Notes under the pieces: model-generated
What the model saw: the letters and a program-made list of their open reading frames with translations, nothing else
Told to the model about the DNA's origin: nothing
The model's database searches: none
Made by a program: the position numbers and the translations under genes
Part shown: in pieces, positions 24,629-37,990 of the stretch
Layout: each line of letters opens with the position of its first letter
Numbering within the stretch: the stretch's first letter is position 1
From: Octopus vulgaris
Lineage: Eukaryota
Assembly (NCBI GenBank): GCA_951406725.2
Contig: OX597826.1
Span: forward strand, 67,022,001-67,086,000
Direction of reading: 5' to 3'
Length of the DNA: 64,000 nucleotides

Positions 24629-24833
24629 TGTATGTATGTATGTATGTATGTATGTATGTATGTATGTATACAGATATATGATGAGCTTCCGTCTAGCAAA
24701 TCCACTCACAAAGATTTAATCAGCTCCAGGTTGGAATAGAAGACTCCTACTCAAGGTGCCATGAGATGGGATTGAACCCGGAACCATGTATTTGGGAGGT
24801 AAACTTCTTACCACGCACCCATGCCTGCGCCTA
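23995..24833 (-). mobile_element. SINE family A split by later insertions into its internal microsatellite
   Basis: 3' part at ~23995-24140 and 5' part at ~24685-24833. Between them are a TA-flanked element with a hairpin at 24221-24292 and (TATG)n. Confidence 0.65.
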
Positions 24834-25562
24834 TGACATAAATATTACTTGGGTGCCATTTGACACCTATTTTTAGCAAATCGAAAGACCACATAAAATA
24901 CCCTCAATGCCTCGTGTTTTAATGTGGTCGTACAGATGGCGTTAGTAGTCTCGTGTCTTGGTCGTATTTTTGCTTTATCATATCGTAAATCAGGTAATGC
25001 TGGCGGTGTGATTATTTGAGTGACATTTGACTGCTATTGTTAGCAAATCGAATGACCACATAAGGCGCCCTTCAAGTGACCAAGTTTTAATATGGTTGTA
25101 CAGGTGGCGTTAGTCGGCCTGTTAGTGTTTTTTAATTTATCATATCGTATTTCTGGTGGTGGAAATCATGCCGCTCAGTGATGGCGGCGGCGTGGTAAGT
25201 CTTCAAAGTCTTAATGTCGTCGGCATCAATGGTAACGTTGGTCGAAATGTTTGCGGTGGCGAGAATGTTTATTGGCGGTTGACTTAATGTCTGTAACTGT
25301 TGATGATGATGACGATGACTATGATGATTACGATGATGATGATGATGATGATGATGACGACGATGATGATTATTAGGTCTGAATTAGCAATGCAATTAGT
25401 GAAGCCACCCGTATGGAATCAGTATTAGCCAATAATTAGAGATAAATTCCTCTTCTAAGAATAAGGATAATAATCATTACGGATCTGAAAGTTTAGTAGC
25501 GGCAGACAAAATGTATTAGTATATGATTCAAATATGTGAGTGTGTGTGTGTGCGTATATATG

Positions 25563-25679
<117 letters not shown>

Positions 25680-25714
25680 TACATATATATAATATATAGA
25701 TAATATATATATAG

Positions 25715-25771
<57 letters not shown>

Positions 25772-25895
25772 TATATATGTGTGTGAGCGTAGTCATACAC
25801 TTGCGAAAACATCAATATATGTTGTGAGTGTGTGTGTGTGTGTATATGTGTATGTGTGTGTGTGTGTATATATATATATATACATATGTATGTAT

Positions 25896-25941
<46 letters not shown>

Positions 25942-25972
25942 GTATATATATATGTAAACATATTTATATGTA

Positions 25973-26016
<44 letters not shown>

Positions 26017-26061
26017 TATATTTATATGTATACATACTTATGTGCATACATATATATTTTT

Positions 26062-26093
<32 letters not shown>

Positions 26094-26777
26094 CCTTTTA
26101 TTTGTTTCAGACATTGAATTGAATATATGCGTATTTGTATGTGTTATTCATACACATATACATACCTGCACACACTCACACACACACACACTTACACAAA
26201 CACACACACACACATGCACACACACACAAGCACCCCTCCCACACAAACACGTACATACATACATACAAACACACACCTACATCACTATCACCAGCAACAC
26301 CGGGTAACGGCAGCACCTCTACCCCCTACCAATCCCGACCACCTCCCAGGACACTGCCAAACCGTCGCCAGCACCACTCCCATCAACATTAATTACTACA
26401 AATACTAACAAGAACAACATTGACTGTGCTACCATACATTTATCAGAAGGGATTGTTAGTGAGAAAATTGGTTTATTTAAACGGAGATAACGAAATAGCT
26501 GTATCAACAACACAGCGAAGCGAGAACACCTCAGGGGAATATTCGGCACATTAAATACATAAATACGTTAGGTTTACATATATAATGTTTCTGTGTAACG
26601 AAATATCTATACATTGTGTCGTCAGTCCCTTTCGTTGTAAGTCTCTAGTATCATGAGGGCCCTTCTCAGGAAGATCTATTGTTAAATAATGGAAGCCATG
26701 ATCAAAAAGTCGTTTTTGTTTAGTGAAAGTCGACCTCGGTTTATATTATAAAATGTGGTCTTTCTTTTGTAAAATGG

Positions 26778-27056
26778 TAGATTTTGTTTTGTGGTATATA
26801 CTCCGCACTCCATCGGTTACGACGACGGGTTTTCCAGTTGATCCGATCAACAGAATAGCCTGCCCGTGGGTATTAACGTGAAGGTGGCTGAGCACTCCAC
26901 AGACACGCGTATCCTTAATGTCGTTGTCCGCTGAGTGGTTTGGAGCATCGTGAGATAAAGTGTCTTGCTGAAGGGTACTACGCACCGACGGAAATCGAAA
27001 TCACCACTTTACGATCGTGCGCCGAATACCCTAACATCTAATCCACACGCCCTCAC
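26778..27056 (-). mobile_element. Old tRNA-derived CORE-like SINE family D
   Basis: Head GAGGGCGTGTGGATTAGATGTTAGGG...TTTCGATTTCC followed by CAGCAAGACACTTT. A related copy lies on the plus strand at ~55381-55660. Confidence 0.6.
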
Positions 27057-27204
27057 TTTCTAGTATATATATTTGGTTATTTACAGTTGATCGAGCTATA
27101 AACCATCAGGTTCCATTTCTGTGTAATCCACTACAGCTGTGATCATGAGGGTTTCGCGCCATACTTGGGCAATTCAGATCAAGGAATGAAACGAATTTTC
27201 TTCA

Positions 27205-27711
27205 GCCGAAAATGAACTTCCCATTCTTTGGCAAATCTCGATATGCTTACTTGTAATGTTATGAAATTTCCTACTCCTTTGACAAATCTCGAGGTCCTTC
27301 TAGTAATGTTATGAACTTTCTTGTCCCTGTGACAAATCTCGAGTCCCTTACAAGAAATGTTATGAAATTTCCCGTCCCTGTGGCAAATCTCGAGACACTT
27401 ACAAGGAATGTTATGACATTTTCTGCCCTGTGGCTAATCTCGAGACACTTACTAAAAATGATATGAAATTTCTTGCCCTTGTGTCTAATTTCGAAACCCT
27501 TACTTGTAATGTTATGAAATGTCCTGCTCCTGTGTCAAATCTCGAAACCTTACTAATAATGTTATGAAGTTTCTTGCCCCTGTGGCAAATCTCGAGACCC
27601 TACAAGTAATGTTATGAAATTTTCTGGCCCTCTGGCAAATCTTGAAACCTTACTAGTAATATTATGAATGTTCCTGCCCCTAACAAGTAATTTTATGAAA
27701 TTTCTTGCCCC
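27205..27711 (+). repeat. ~50-bp minisatellite, ~10 copies
   Basis: Consensus approximately TTATGAAATTTCCTGCCCCTGTGGCAAATCTCGAGACCCTTACTAGTAATG. Inverted copies at 30024-30230. Confidence 0.92.
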
Positions 27712-27930
27712 TTGAACTCAGAACGTGAGGGCGAACGAAATGCCGCTGAGCATTTAGTCCGGCGTGATACCGATTCTGTCGGCTCGCCGCCTTTAATAAT
27801 CCTTTCTGCTAAAGGCACAAAGCCTGAAATTTGGATGAGGAGATAAGTCGATTATATCGACCCCACCTTCCAGTGTTCCCCTGGTTCTTAGTTTATCGAG
27901 CTGGAAAGGACAAAAGGCATATATATATAT

Positions 27931-28171
27931 ATTATATGTAGAAAAATACAAACTGGGACAAGAACGTAAAACATTTAGAAGACGATCCTTCTTCCAAGAA
28001 ATCTAATGCTCATAGCTTAGTTTTTCCTTGGGGCTGGCCGGATCGGAGCGATCTCAAGATTAATCAGCCGAAATTGCTAGGATGATCCGGTTCTTGACTG
28101 AAGATTGTTTTTTGTATCGTCTTCTAAATGTTTTACGTTCTTGTCCCAGTTTGTATTTTTCTACATATAAT
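27931..28171. repeat. TA-flanked inverted repeat with perfect ~56-bp arms and a ~130-bp spacer
   Basis: ATTATATGTAGAAAAATACAAACTGGGACAAGAACGTAAAACATTTAGAAGACGAT and its reverse complement at 28116-28171. Confidence 0.92.
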
Positions 28172-28212
28172 ATATATAGCGACGTCCGTACCCTCGTTGG
28201 CCTTATGTAAGT

Positions 28213-28262
<50 letters not shown>

Positions 28263-28349
28263 GCTTTTACTCGTTTTAGTCATTTGACTGTGGCCATGCT
28301 GGAGCACCGCTTTTAGTTGTGCCTAGTATATATATATATATATATATAT

Positions 28350-29607
28350 ACAAGAAACATTTTTTGTCTCAATTTATGGAAACAAAAGGGTTTATAGGAC
28401 TGCAGGAAAGAAGTGCTCAATGAAAATGAGACAAAGATAAAGAAACATTGATCGTAGAACAAACATCAAATTCGAATCAACGACTTCATTTATAACACCA
28501 TACCTCAAATATTTGATTATATATAAATATTACCATGGTTCTTAAACATATAAAAACTATGCATAAACATAAAAACGCAGAAGGTAAAAATATATATGAG
28601 AATAAAATATAAATATATAGAACGGCCTATCTCAAAGGTAAATATAAACAACTAAAAATTTATAAAATTTCTAAAGTTTGTCATGCTACTAAAAAACTAA
28701 ATAAACTAAGATAAAATAAATTATCTATTGACTAAATTTTTTGAAAATACAGTTTTTTTTTTTTGTTTTTACTCACCTCACGCAAGAGTACGTCCAAAAT
28801 GTTCAATTCTTAAAATCATGGTAGTTTAGAGACTATGAGCAAAAAGAGTTCCACTAAATCAATTTAAACACACCTGTGGCTATTTCGGGGGCTCCTTACC
28901 GTGGTTTGATTACATTTTAAGTGCATCCCATCAGTGAGCCCCTCATCAGGATGAACAGAAAACACGCACAGAACAAAACTAGAAAGTTCCATACAATGCC
29001 GTATGGCTAATTTTAGTTTTGTTCTGTGCGTGTTTCCCGTTCATCCTGATGAGGGGGTCACTGCCGGGATACACTTAAAATGTAATCAAACCAGGGTAAT
29101 GAGTCCCCTGAAATATCCACAGGTGTGGCTCATGGACTCTTTTTGCTCGTGGACTCTAAACTACCATGGTTTTAAGAATTGAACTTTTTGGACATACTCT
29201 TGTGTGAGATGAGTAAAAAAAAACTTTTTAAAAATATTTTTTGTCGATTCATATTTTATCTTAGTTTATTTAGTTTTTTAGTAGTTTTTTAGTAGCATAA
29301 CGCACTTTAGAATTTTTATAAATTTTGAGATAGTCCGTTCTATATATTTGTATGTTATTCGCATATATATTCTTACCTTCTGTGTTTTTATGTGTATGTA
29401 TATTTTATGTCTAAGAACCATAGTAATATTTATAATCAAATATTTGAGGTATGGTGTTATATATTATGTCGTTGATTCGAATTTGATGTTTGTTCTATGA
29501 TCAATATTTCTTTATCTTTGTCTCATTTTTATTGAGCACTTCACTTCTTTTCTGCAGTCCTATAAAACCTTTTGTTTCCATAAGATGAGACAAAAAATAT
29601 TTCTTGT
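28350..29607. mobile_element. 1.26-kb diverged fold-back element between two (TA)n tracts, with a hammerhead-like motif in each arm
   Basis: Arms of ~630 bp, centre ~28998 with hairpin CCATAC-aatgcc-GTATGG. A third partial arm copy lies at ~30240-30595. Confidence 0.88.
29042..29125 (+). ncRNA. Hammerhead-like motif (mirror copy on minus at 28871-28953)
   Basis: CAUC-CUGAUGA-GGGG(C)UC...GAG(C/U)CCCC-GAAA-U-A(G/U)CC-A-CA-GGUG. Both arms show C instead of U16.1. Confidence 0.6.
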
Positions 29608-29656
<49 letters not shown>

Positions 29657-30023
29657 ATGAGAGGTATTTGTGTCCAGAAAACTCATAAAGTGTCGGTTGA
29701 CGCCAAGTGCTGTGGATAGACCATGGTTAAACTCCAGGTTCTATAATGATACAAGTGAGGAGTCTAACGTGGGTCAAGTATTAGCATGCTTATATTCCGC
29801 CGAGGTCTACTTTGCCTTTCGTCCTTTCGAACTCCATATACTAAGTACCCCGTGAGCACTTGGGGGGGGGGGGAGGTCGATGTAATCGACTTATCCCCTC
29901 CAAATTTCAAGCACTGTGCCTTTAGTAGAAAGGATTATTAAAGGCAGCGAGCTGACAGACTTGTTAGCACGCCGGACAAAGTGCTCAGCGGCATTTCGTC
30001 CGACTCTATATTCTGAGTTCAAA

Positions 30024-30230
30024 GGAGCAAGAAATTTCTTATCATTACAAGTAAATTTCTGGAGATTTGCCACAGGGGCAGGAAAATTTCATAACGTTAC
30101 TAATAAGGTTCTCTAGATTAGCCATAGGGGCAGGAAATTTCATAACATTTCGTATAAGGGTTTCGAGATTTGTCACAGGGACAGAAAAAGTCATAACATT
30201 ACTAGTAAGTGTCATAAACATTACTAGTAA
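30024..30230 (-). repeat. Inverted copy of the ~50-bp minisatellite
   Basis: GAGATTTGCCACAGGGGCAGGAAAATTTCATAAC repeats. Confidence 0.88.
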
Positions 30231-30626
30231 GAATTAAAGCTTTTGAACGTACTCTCGTGTGAGGTGAGTAAAAAAAGAAACTTTTAAAAAATATTTTTAG
30301 TCGATAGATATTATATTTTATCTTAGTTTATTTAGTTTTTTAGTAGCATGACAAGCTTTAGAATTTTTATGAATTTTCCGTCGTTTATATTTTCCTTTTT
30401 GATAGTCAGATCTATACTTTTGTATTTTATTCGCATATATATATATTTACCTTCTGTGTTTTTATGTATATGTATATTTTTATATGTTTAAGAACCATGG
30501 TAATATTCATATATAATCAAATGTTTGAAGTATGGTGTAATATATAAAGTCGTTGACTCGAATTTGGTGTTTGTTCTATGATCAATGTTTCTTTATATAT
30601 ATATGCATGTGTGTGTGTGTGCGCGA

Positions 30627-30667
<41 letters not shown>

Positions 30668-30670
<3 letters not shown>

Positions 30671-31952
30671 GTGTTGGACAAAATAATGGAAACACCTTAA
30701 AATTTCAAAGAAATTTATTTTAACATGGTGTAGTACCGCCTTTGGCAGTAATGATGACAGCTTGAACTCTATGAAGTATGGACTCGTACAACGTCTGAAT
30801 TGTTTCTAAAGGAATTTTTGTCCATTCTTCAGCTAAACCAGTCTCCAGTTCTTATAGCGATGATGATGATGGTGAAGGATATCGAGTCCATAGTTGTTTT
30901 TCTAAAATGCACCATAAGTGTTTAATAATTTTGAGATCTGGGGTCTGTGGCGGCCAGATAAGTTGTTCAACTTTACTAGAATGTTTCTCGTGCCATTCAA
31001 TAACAAATTTAGCCGTGTGAATTAGTGCAATATCATTCTTAAAGATTGCGTTTCCCTTTGGAAACAGTTCCATAACCATAGGATTAATTTGATTAGATAA
31101 CATGCTTAAATCGTCTTGACGATTAATTCTGTCATGAAGGGAACCCTTTAAGCCGACAGATTTCTAAGATATAGCCTCCCCGCCCCCAAGATAATCACAG
31201 ATCTTCCTCCATATTTAATTGCTGGAAAAAGGCGGTCTGGTTCAAATGCTTCTTTTGGCTGTCTTCACATGTATACTCGGTCGGTGGTCGGAAATAAGGT
31301 AAAGGATGACCGTCCGAGAAAATAACATTCTTCCACTGCCTTAAGGACAAATTCTATAGGCTTTTTCTCCACTCTAGACGTTTTGCAACGTTTGTTTTTG
31401 AAAGTAGTGGTTTTCTCATTGTAGCCGTCCCGTGAAATCCGGCTTTGTGCAGCTCCCTGCGAACAGTTTTTGTGGAAACTGGGTACTCGAGGTGGTCATT
31501 AAGCTCTGCAGTAATTTTGGGAGCTGTACTTTTGTGATATTTTCTAACAATTTGCGCAAGTGTCCGACGCTCCCTATCTGAAAGTGTTGGTTTCCTTCCG
31601 GAGTTTTGCTACGAAGAGAAGGTTTTTCCCTCTTCCTCAAAGGCTGTCATTACTTTCGAGACTATACTTCTTGATACACCAAACATTTCGGCTGTTTTCG
31701 TTACGCCAGCGCCTGCGTTACGAGCACCAACAATTTGACTTCTTTGAAAGTCCGATAGATCTGTGATTTTAATGAATTTTAATTACCTTTTTCTGATGAT
31801 GTCTGAAAACAAACAGCAATTTTAGTAAAACATATTAAGCAACATTAATAATTAATCGAAAAAATATAAAAATAAGCAAGCTTTTAATTGTTTTATAGAT
31901 AATATCAAAATTATGATGCTATGATGTTAGGTGTTTCCATTATTTTATCTAA

Positions 31953-31955
<3 letters not shown>
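30668..31955 (-). mobile_element. Tc1-family DNA transposon, full length but decayed
   Basis: TIRs CAGGTGTTGGACAAAATAATGGAAACACCT and AGGTGTTTCCATTATTTTATCTAACC, inserted in (TA)n. Confidence 0.92.
30720..31767 (-). pseudogene. Tc1 transposase pseudogene
   Basis: N-terminus DLSDFQRSQIVGARNAGAGVTKTAEMFGVSRS; catalytic region AIFKNDIALIHTAK...WPPQTPDLKIIKHLW (decayed QDNAP / WPPQSPDLNPIEHLW); C-terminus GGTTPC*. Frameshifted. Confidence 0.92.
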
Positions 31956-32001
<46 letters not shown>

Positions 32002-32005
<4 letters not shown>

Positions 32006-32268
32006 CAGTATAGCCCGGCGTTGCGGTTTGTTTAGACCCTTTAGAATTGGAATTTTTGAAAAGTAAAAATTTGGCAGTATGTATCTTGTTATTCTCTTTA
32101 ATTGAAATACACCGAAAAATGGCGACACAGCAGTCAAAACATCGTAAAAAATAGGGATTTTCATAGAAAAAAGGCACCTTTGTGATGTAAATAATTTTTG
32201 GTATTAACATGGTCCGATTTGAATTTTTTCTACTACGGAAGGAAGAGTTAGCCTTCTAGTATCATACC

Positions 32269-32342
<74 letters not shown>

Positions 32343-32765
32343 TACGAAAAAACCCTCCAGGCTACATCCCGAAAATTCATTTCTTTGCCGAATTTCTACA
32401 TTGTTTACGGCGATTCGTTTTTATATCTTGATTTTTTTTATTTTTCATGCAATTTACGCATGCGTGGTGAACACAGTTCACGTCAAACAGCTGACTGAGT
32501 AAAGTTCACTATTCAATGCATGGGATAAGGCCTAAACAAACACATTATCGATTTTTGCACTTGCGAGATGAATTTCGGAACAGAAATAGTGCAGTTCAAT
32601 TTTCATTTGCCTAAACTTTAAGTGACCCATTTTTGGTGGTTCTACGATTTGTTGGCTAGGAGGAGATGTGCCGGGAAGTTTAACACGCAGACACACACAC
32701 AGATGCACACACAGACACACACACAGATAAACACACAGACACACAAGTTGAGTTTTATATATATA
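32002..32765 (-). mobile_element. Putative non-autonomous Helitron-like element
   Basis: Minus-strand 5' end TATATATAAAACTCAACTTGTGTGTCTGTG and a 3' end with a decayed GC-rich hairpin (CCCGGCGTTGCGG) near a CTRR-like terminus; internal (TA)n. Confidence 0.4.
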
Positions 32766-32924
32766 TATACATATATATATATGATAACATACATGCATAC
32801 ATAATACCGATATCAATGCCTACATACACATATATACGCATTTAAAGCATGCGCACTCAAGTGTGTGTATATATATATATATATGAATATGTGTGTGTGT
32901 GTGTGTGTGTGTGGTGTTGGTGGG

Positions 32925-33896
32925 GGCTTGTCAATTACATCAAACCCCAGCGCTGAACTGGTACTAAATTTATTGACGCAGAAAGGATGAAAGCAAGGTC
33001 AGCGTCGGCAGAATTTGACCTCAGATCATGAAGACAGACGAAATGTCGCTGAGCATTTTGTCCGACGTGCTAACAATTCTGTCAGCTCGCCGCCTTTAAT
33101 AATCCTTTCTACTAAATACACAAGGCCTGCAATTTGCAGGTGGGGATAAGTCGATTACATCGACCCCTTCCCCCGCGGTCCCTTGGTTCTTAGTTTATCG
33201 AGCTGGAAAGGACGAAAAGCAAAGTAGAATTCGGCGGAATTTGAACTCAAGACCCAGAAGACGAACGAAATGCCGCTATGCTAATGATTCTTTTCTACTC
33301 TAGGCACAAGACTCGAAATTTTCTGCGAGGGAGACAGTCGATTAGATCGACCCCAGTACACAACTGGTACTTAATTTATCGATCCCGAAAGGATGAAACA
33401 CAAAGTGGTCCTCGGCGGAATTTGAACACAGAACGTAATGACAGATGAACTACTGCTAAGCATTTCGCCCGGCATGCTAACGTTTCTTATTTCTTATTAC
33501 CCACAGAGGGCTAAGCATAGAGGGGACAAACAAGGACAGACAAAGGGAGAAAGTCTATTACATCAACCCCAGTGCGTAACTGGTACTTATTTAATCGACC
33601 CTGAAAGGATGAAAGGCAAAGTCGACCTCGGCGAAATTTGAACTCAGAACGGCAGACGAAATACGTATTTCTTAACTACCCAAAAGCGGCTAAACACAGA
33701 GAGGACATAAAAGGACAGACAAATGGATTAAGTCGATTACATCGACCCAGTGCATAACTGGTACTTAATTTATCGACCCCGAAAGGATGAAAGGCAAAGT
33801 GGACATCGGCGGAATTTGAACTCAGAACGTAACGGCAAACGAAATACAGCTACGCATTCGCCCGGCGTGCTAATGATTCTGCGAGCACGCCGCCTT
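32925..33896 (-). mobile_element. SINE family B cluster and array
   Basis: Five body units, including a trimer at 33290-33896. Confidence 0.85.
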
Positions 33897-34590
33897 TGAC
33901 AATGACTGTTATATTAAGATGAGACAGAAAAGAGAAAAGATGTGAAAGAGGCTGTAGTTGACGAAAGGGAAATATAAGAGGTAGGAGAGAGGAAGAAGAA
34001 GGAAAAATAGAAGAAGAGGAGGAAAAAGAGGAGTGAATTGAGAAGAAAAAGAAGGGGAATAAATGGTGTATGACCATTAAATAAATCAAGCAAAATGATG
34101 TAGACATTAAAACAACATAAGTAGACGTTAAGAGGGGCAAAGTACGTAGAGAGGGAGAGAGGGAGGAAAGGAGAGAGAGGGGGTGAGAGAGAATGAGGGA
34201 GAAAGAGAGTGATTGAAGGGGGGAGAAACCGGGGAGAGAGGAAAATAAATATATGTAATACATGTATACATATATATGCGTATGTGTGTATGTTTGTGTA
34301 TATGTATGTCTAAATGCATGCTCACTCATAAATACTACATATTATTGTACATGTGTACTAATATATGTGTATATAATTATAAATGTATCATATTATATTC
34401 ATATATATATATGTGTTTGTGTGTGTGTATTTATATGTATGTATATCTATCTATCAATCTATATACACACACCCAAAGAAAAAGTGAGACAGAAATATAC
34501 ATATGTGTCTGTGTGTGTGTATATATATACACACACACACGTACATACACCCACCCACCCACACACACATATAATGCGCAAATTGAGAGT

Positions 34591-34636
<46 letters not shown>

Positions 34637-35639
34637 AATAGATCGACAGAAATAAAGAGAGCGAGAGTGAGAAAGAGATAGATAGAAAGAGATAGGGAGA
34701 GAGAGGGAAATAGAAAGGGAAAGAGAGAGGGAGAGAAAGGGAGATATAAAGAGAGAGATAAAGAGAGTGATGGTATATTTGGCTTTCCTTGTGTGGATAA
34801 TTTGAAGTTGTTTCGTTATATCAATGAACAAATTGAAATGACGCTTACTGTCATCATAACTCGCGAATTTCACTTGTGAAGTTAACATTAAATTCACCGT
34901 CTCGAAATGTTCATACATCGGAATCAGCAATGGAGGGTGAGATGGAAGGCGACACGGCGAAAGAGAGGCTGGGAGAATAGACGGAGAAAAAGAGGCTGAA
35001 TACAGAAGGTGGGGGGGGGTTGTAAATGCGGTAGAGAGGTGGAGTGGGGATGGTGTGGGAAATGAAGACGTCAGAGGCTAAAAGAGAGTGAATGAGAAAC
35101 AGAGAATGAGAGAGAGAGAGAGAGGGGGGGGAGGAGAAAAGAAGCTGTTAGCTAAAGGAGTGACAGGGAGAGGTAGTGAGCTAAAGGAACGCTGAGAGAT
35201 AGGGAGAGGTGGGGGATGTAAGGAGAGGATGGAGACAGGTGGGGGGGAGTGTGTGAAAGCAAAGAAAGTGAGAGAGATAGGAAAAGGGAGAAAAGGAAGA
35301 AGATTTAGGAACAGGGGTCAATAAATAGGGTGTAGAAAAATAGTTGAAAGTATCAACGTGAGTGAAAGACAGAAAGAGTGAAGGAGGGAGAGAGAGAGAG
35401 AGTGAGAAAGAGAGGGGGAAGAGAAGTAGTGAGACAGAGGGAGTGAGAGTGAGAGAGTGAGAGAGAGACAAGGGGAGTGGGAGAGAGTGAGAGAGACAGA
35501 GATGGATCTAGAACGGTGTTTTCCAACCATTTTTTTGCATATAGACCTCTTTAATTGTTATTTTACTCGGGGTGGGGGGATCTCTCATTGGCATTCGATG
35601 TCTAAAACCTCATTTTTTAATGATTAGATATTATTAGGA

Positions 35640-36475
35640 AAATATCTTTACCTTTTACTTGAAGAATTTTAGCCGAACGAATCGAATTCATTACTTCTTA
35701 TATTTTGTAAAGTCTGGTACTTATCCTATCGGCATCTTTTGCCGAACCTCCGAGTTACGGGGACGCAAACACACCAACACCGCTTGTTAACTGTTAGTGG
35801 GTGACAAACACGGACGCAAAGACACACCCACGCACGCACACACACACACACACACAGACACACACACACACACACGAGGCTAGAGTAGAAGACACTTCCC
35901 CAAGGTGTCACGCAGTAGGACTGAGCCCGGAACCATGTGATTGGTAAGCAAGCTTCTTATCACACAGCCACGCCAGAAAGATAGATAGATAGAGGGAGAA
36001 AAAGATGAGGAGAGAGAGAAAGAGAGAGAGAGAGAGTAGAAGAGAAAGAAAAGTGGACAAAATGAAATAAAAAGAAAAACGAGGTTAAGGACAAACCTGG
36101 ACGCAAAGACACATGCACACTCACACACACAAACACAAACACATAAGATCTCTCTCACAAACACACACACACGCACTTACATATATACATATATATATAT
36201 ACGACGGGTTTCTTTCCGTTTCCGTCTACCAAATCCACTCACAAAGCTTTCGTCGGTCTGAGGCTATAGTAGAAGACACTTGCCCAAGGTACCACGCAGT
36301 AGGACTGAGCCCGGAACCATGTGGTCGGTAAGCAAGCTTCTTATCACAAAGCCACGCCAGAAAGATAGATAGATAAATATATAGATAGATAGAGGGAGAA
36401 AGAGACGAGGAGAAAGAGTGGGGGAGAGAAAGAAATGTGGACAAAATGAAATGAAAAAAAAGTGAGGTTAAGGCA
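35640..36475 (-). mobile_element. SINE family A with local tandem duplication of its 5' half plus flank
   Basis: CCACGCCAGAAAGATAGATAGATA...GTGGACAAAATGAAAT...GAGGTTAAGG occurs at ~35968-36090 and ~36352-36473. Confidence 0.75.
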
Positions 36476-36599
36476 CAAATATGATGGAAGTCAAGATCCA
36501 GCAAAGAAGCGAAAAATACCTGACAGATTCCTTGTCATTCTCGAAGATGTAACGTAAGTGGAAGAAGAGTAGGAGAAAAGAACAATCTAGAAATATGAT

Positions 36600-37186
36600 T
36601 CGGAAAAAAGCCTTTTGGTGTTAGCAGAAAAAAGATTCTTAGGAGATATTTTCATTAAATTTGGGTTCTAAGGTTGAAGGATGTAGAGTTTCGTTACACA
36701 TCGAGTAATATAGACCGGTACCAGATGTCTCTGACCAAGGATTTTAAGCTTTTTGTTACTCCGTTTAGGGAAATCAAAATCGTTTATCATAAACCCTTGT
36801 TGATCAATATTTTGAGAGAGCAGAATTTGGTTGACGGAATCTACGAGGATTCTCGATTTACACAAACACAAACGCGCGCGCGCAAACACACACGCACAGG
36901 AGAAAATCTTTATAAACAAATTTAGAAGTGTCGTGTAAGTTGGTATTTTACAGATAATAAAGGATTGTCGAATGCAGAAAGAGAACTTAGAAGATCGGGT
37001 AAATAACTTTAGAAGACGGAGAAAAAGGGACCAGGAAGCCTCTGAAGGGAATCGAAACCTACACGCATACATGCATACACAAATATATTATTTACAAACA
37101 TTTTTTTACAAATAATTAACAATTTAGAAAATCTCTCTCTAAATGTATGTGTGTTTGCGTGCCTCCCTCTTTCTCTTTAATTGTTA

Positions 37187-37259
<73 letters not shown>

Positions 37260-37437
37260 GTCTGTCTATCTATCTAACTAAACTATCTGTCTATCTATCT
37301 AACTATCTGTCTATCTATATATCTACTTATCTGTCTATCTATCTATCTGTCTATCTATCTATCTATCTATCTAACTATCTGTCTATCTATCTATCTGTCT
37401 ATCTATCTAACTATCTGTCTATCTATCTAACTATCTG

Positions 37438-37497
<60 letters not shown>

Positions 37498-37565
37498 ACT
37501 ATCTGTCTATCTATCTAACTATCTGTCTATCTATCTAACTATCTGTCTATCTATCTAACTATCTG

Positions 37566-37626
<61 letters not shown>

Positions 37627-37990
37627 TTATCTTTGTGTGCATGTATGTATATATGTACCTATCTATCTATCTATACGAATATGTATGTATACATGTATAT
37701 AGGTATATTTGTATATCTATGGAAATAGAGGAAATTACAATACTGGATTCAATAAAAGTAAAAGAACAAAAAAACCAAAACAAATTCCATTTTCTGACAA
37801 GTGGCGCAATATTATAACACGTTTTATACTTTTCTTAAAAAAAAATCCAACCTTATCATTAAAAATAAAAATTCTAAATAATTTAGGATGTCAAATCAAT
37901 GAGCGTATTGAAGGGTTTCCCAAAGATATGATGGTGGTACCCGATAAACTGATTGCGCGTGAAGACATCATTAGAGAAGTGTAATGTAGC
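36600..37990 (+). pseudogene. Possible decayed Ty3/Gypsy pol fragment (RNase H region), interrupted by (CTAT)n
   Basis: LKDVEFRY...FKLFVTPFREIKIVYHKPLLINIL resembles L.D.E.RY...TDHKPL.IL. A later fragment INERIEGFPKDMMVVPDKL resembles the I..G(W/F)P linker. Confidence 0.45.
37187..37626. repeat. (CTAT)n/(CTGT)n compound microsatellite
   Basis: Directly visible. Confidence 0.97.

Noticed and set aside
27205-27711. CRISPR-like periodicity (also 43341-43981 and the SINE arrays)
   Set aside because: The units are contiguous with no unique spacers, there are no cas genes, and the context is eukaryotic.
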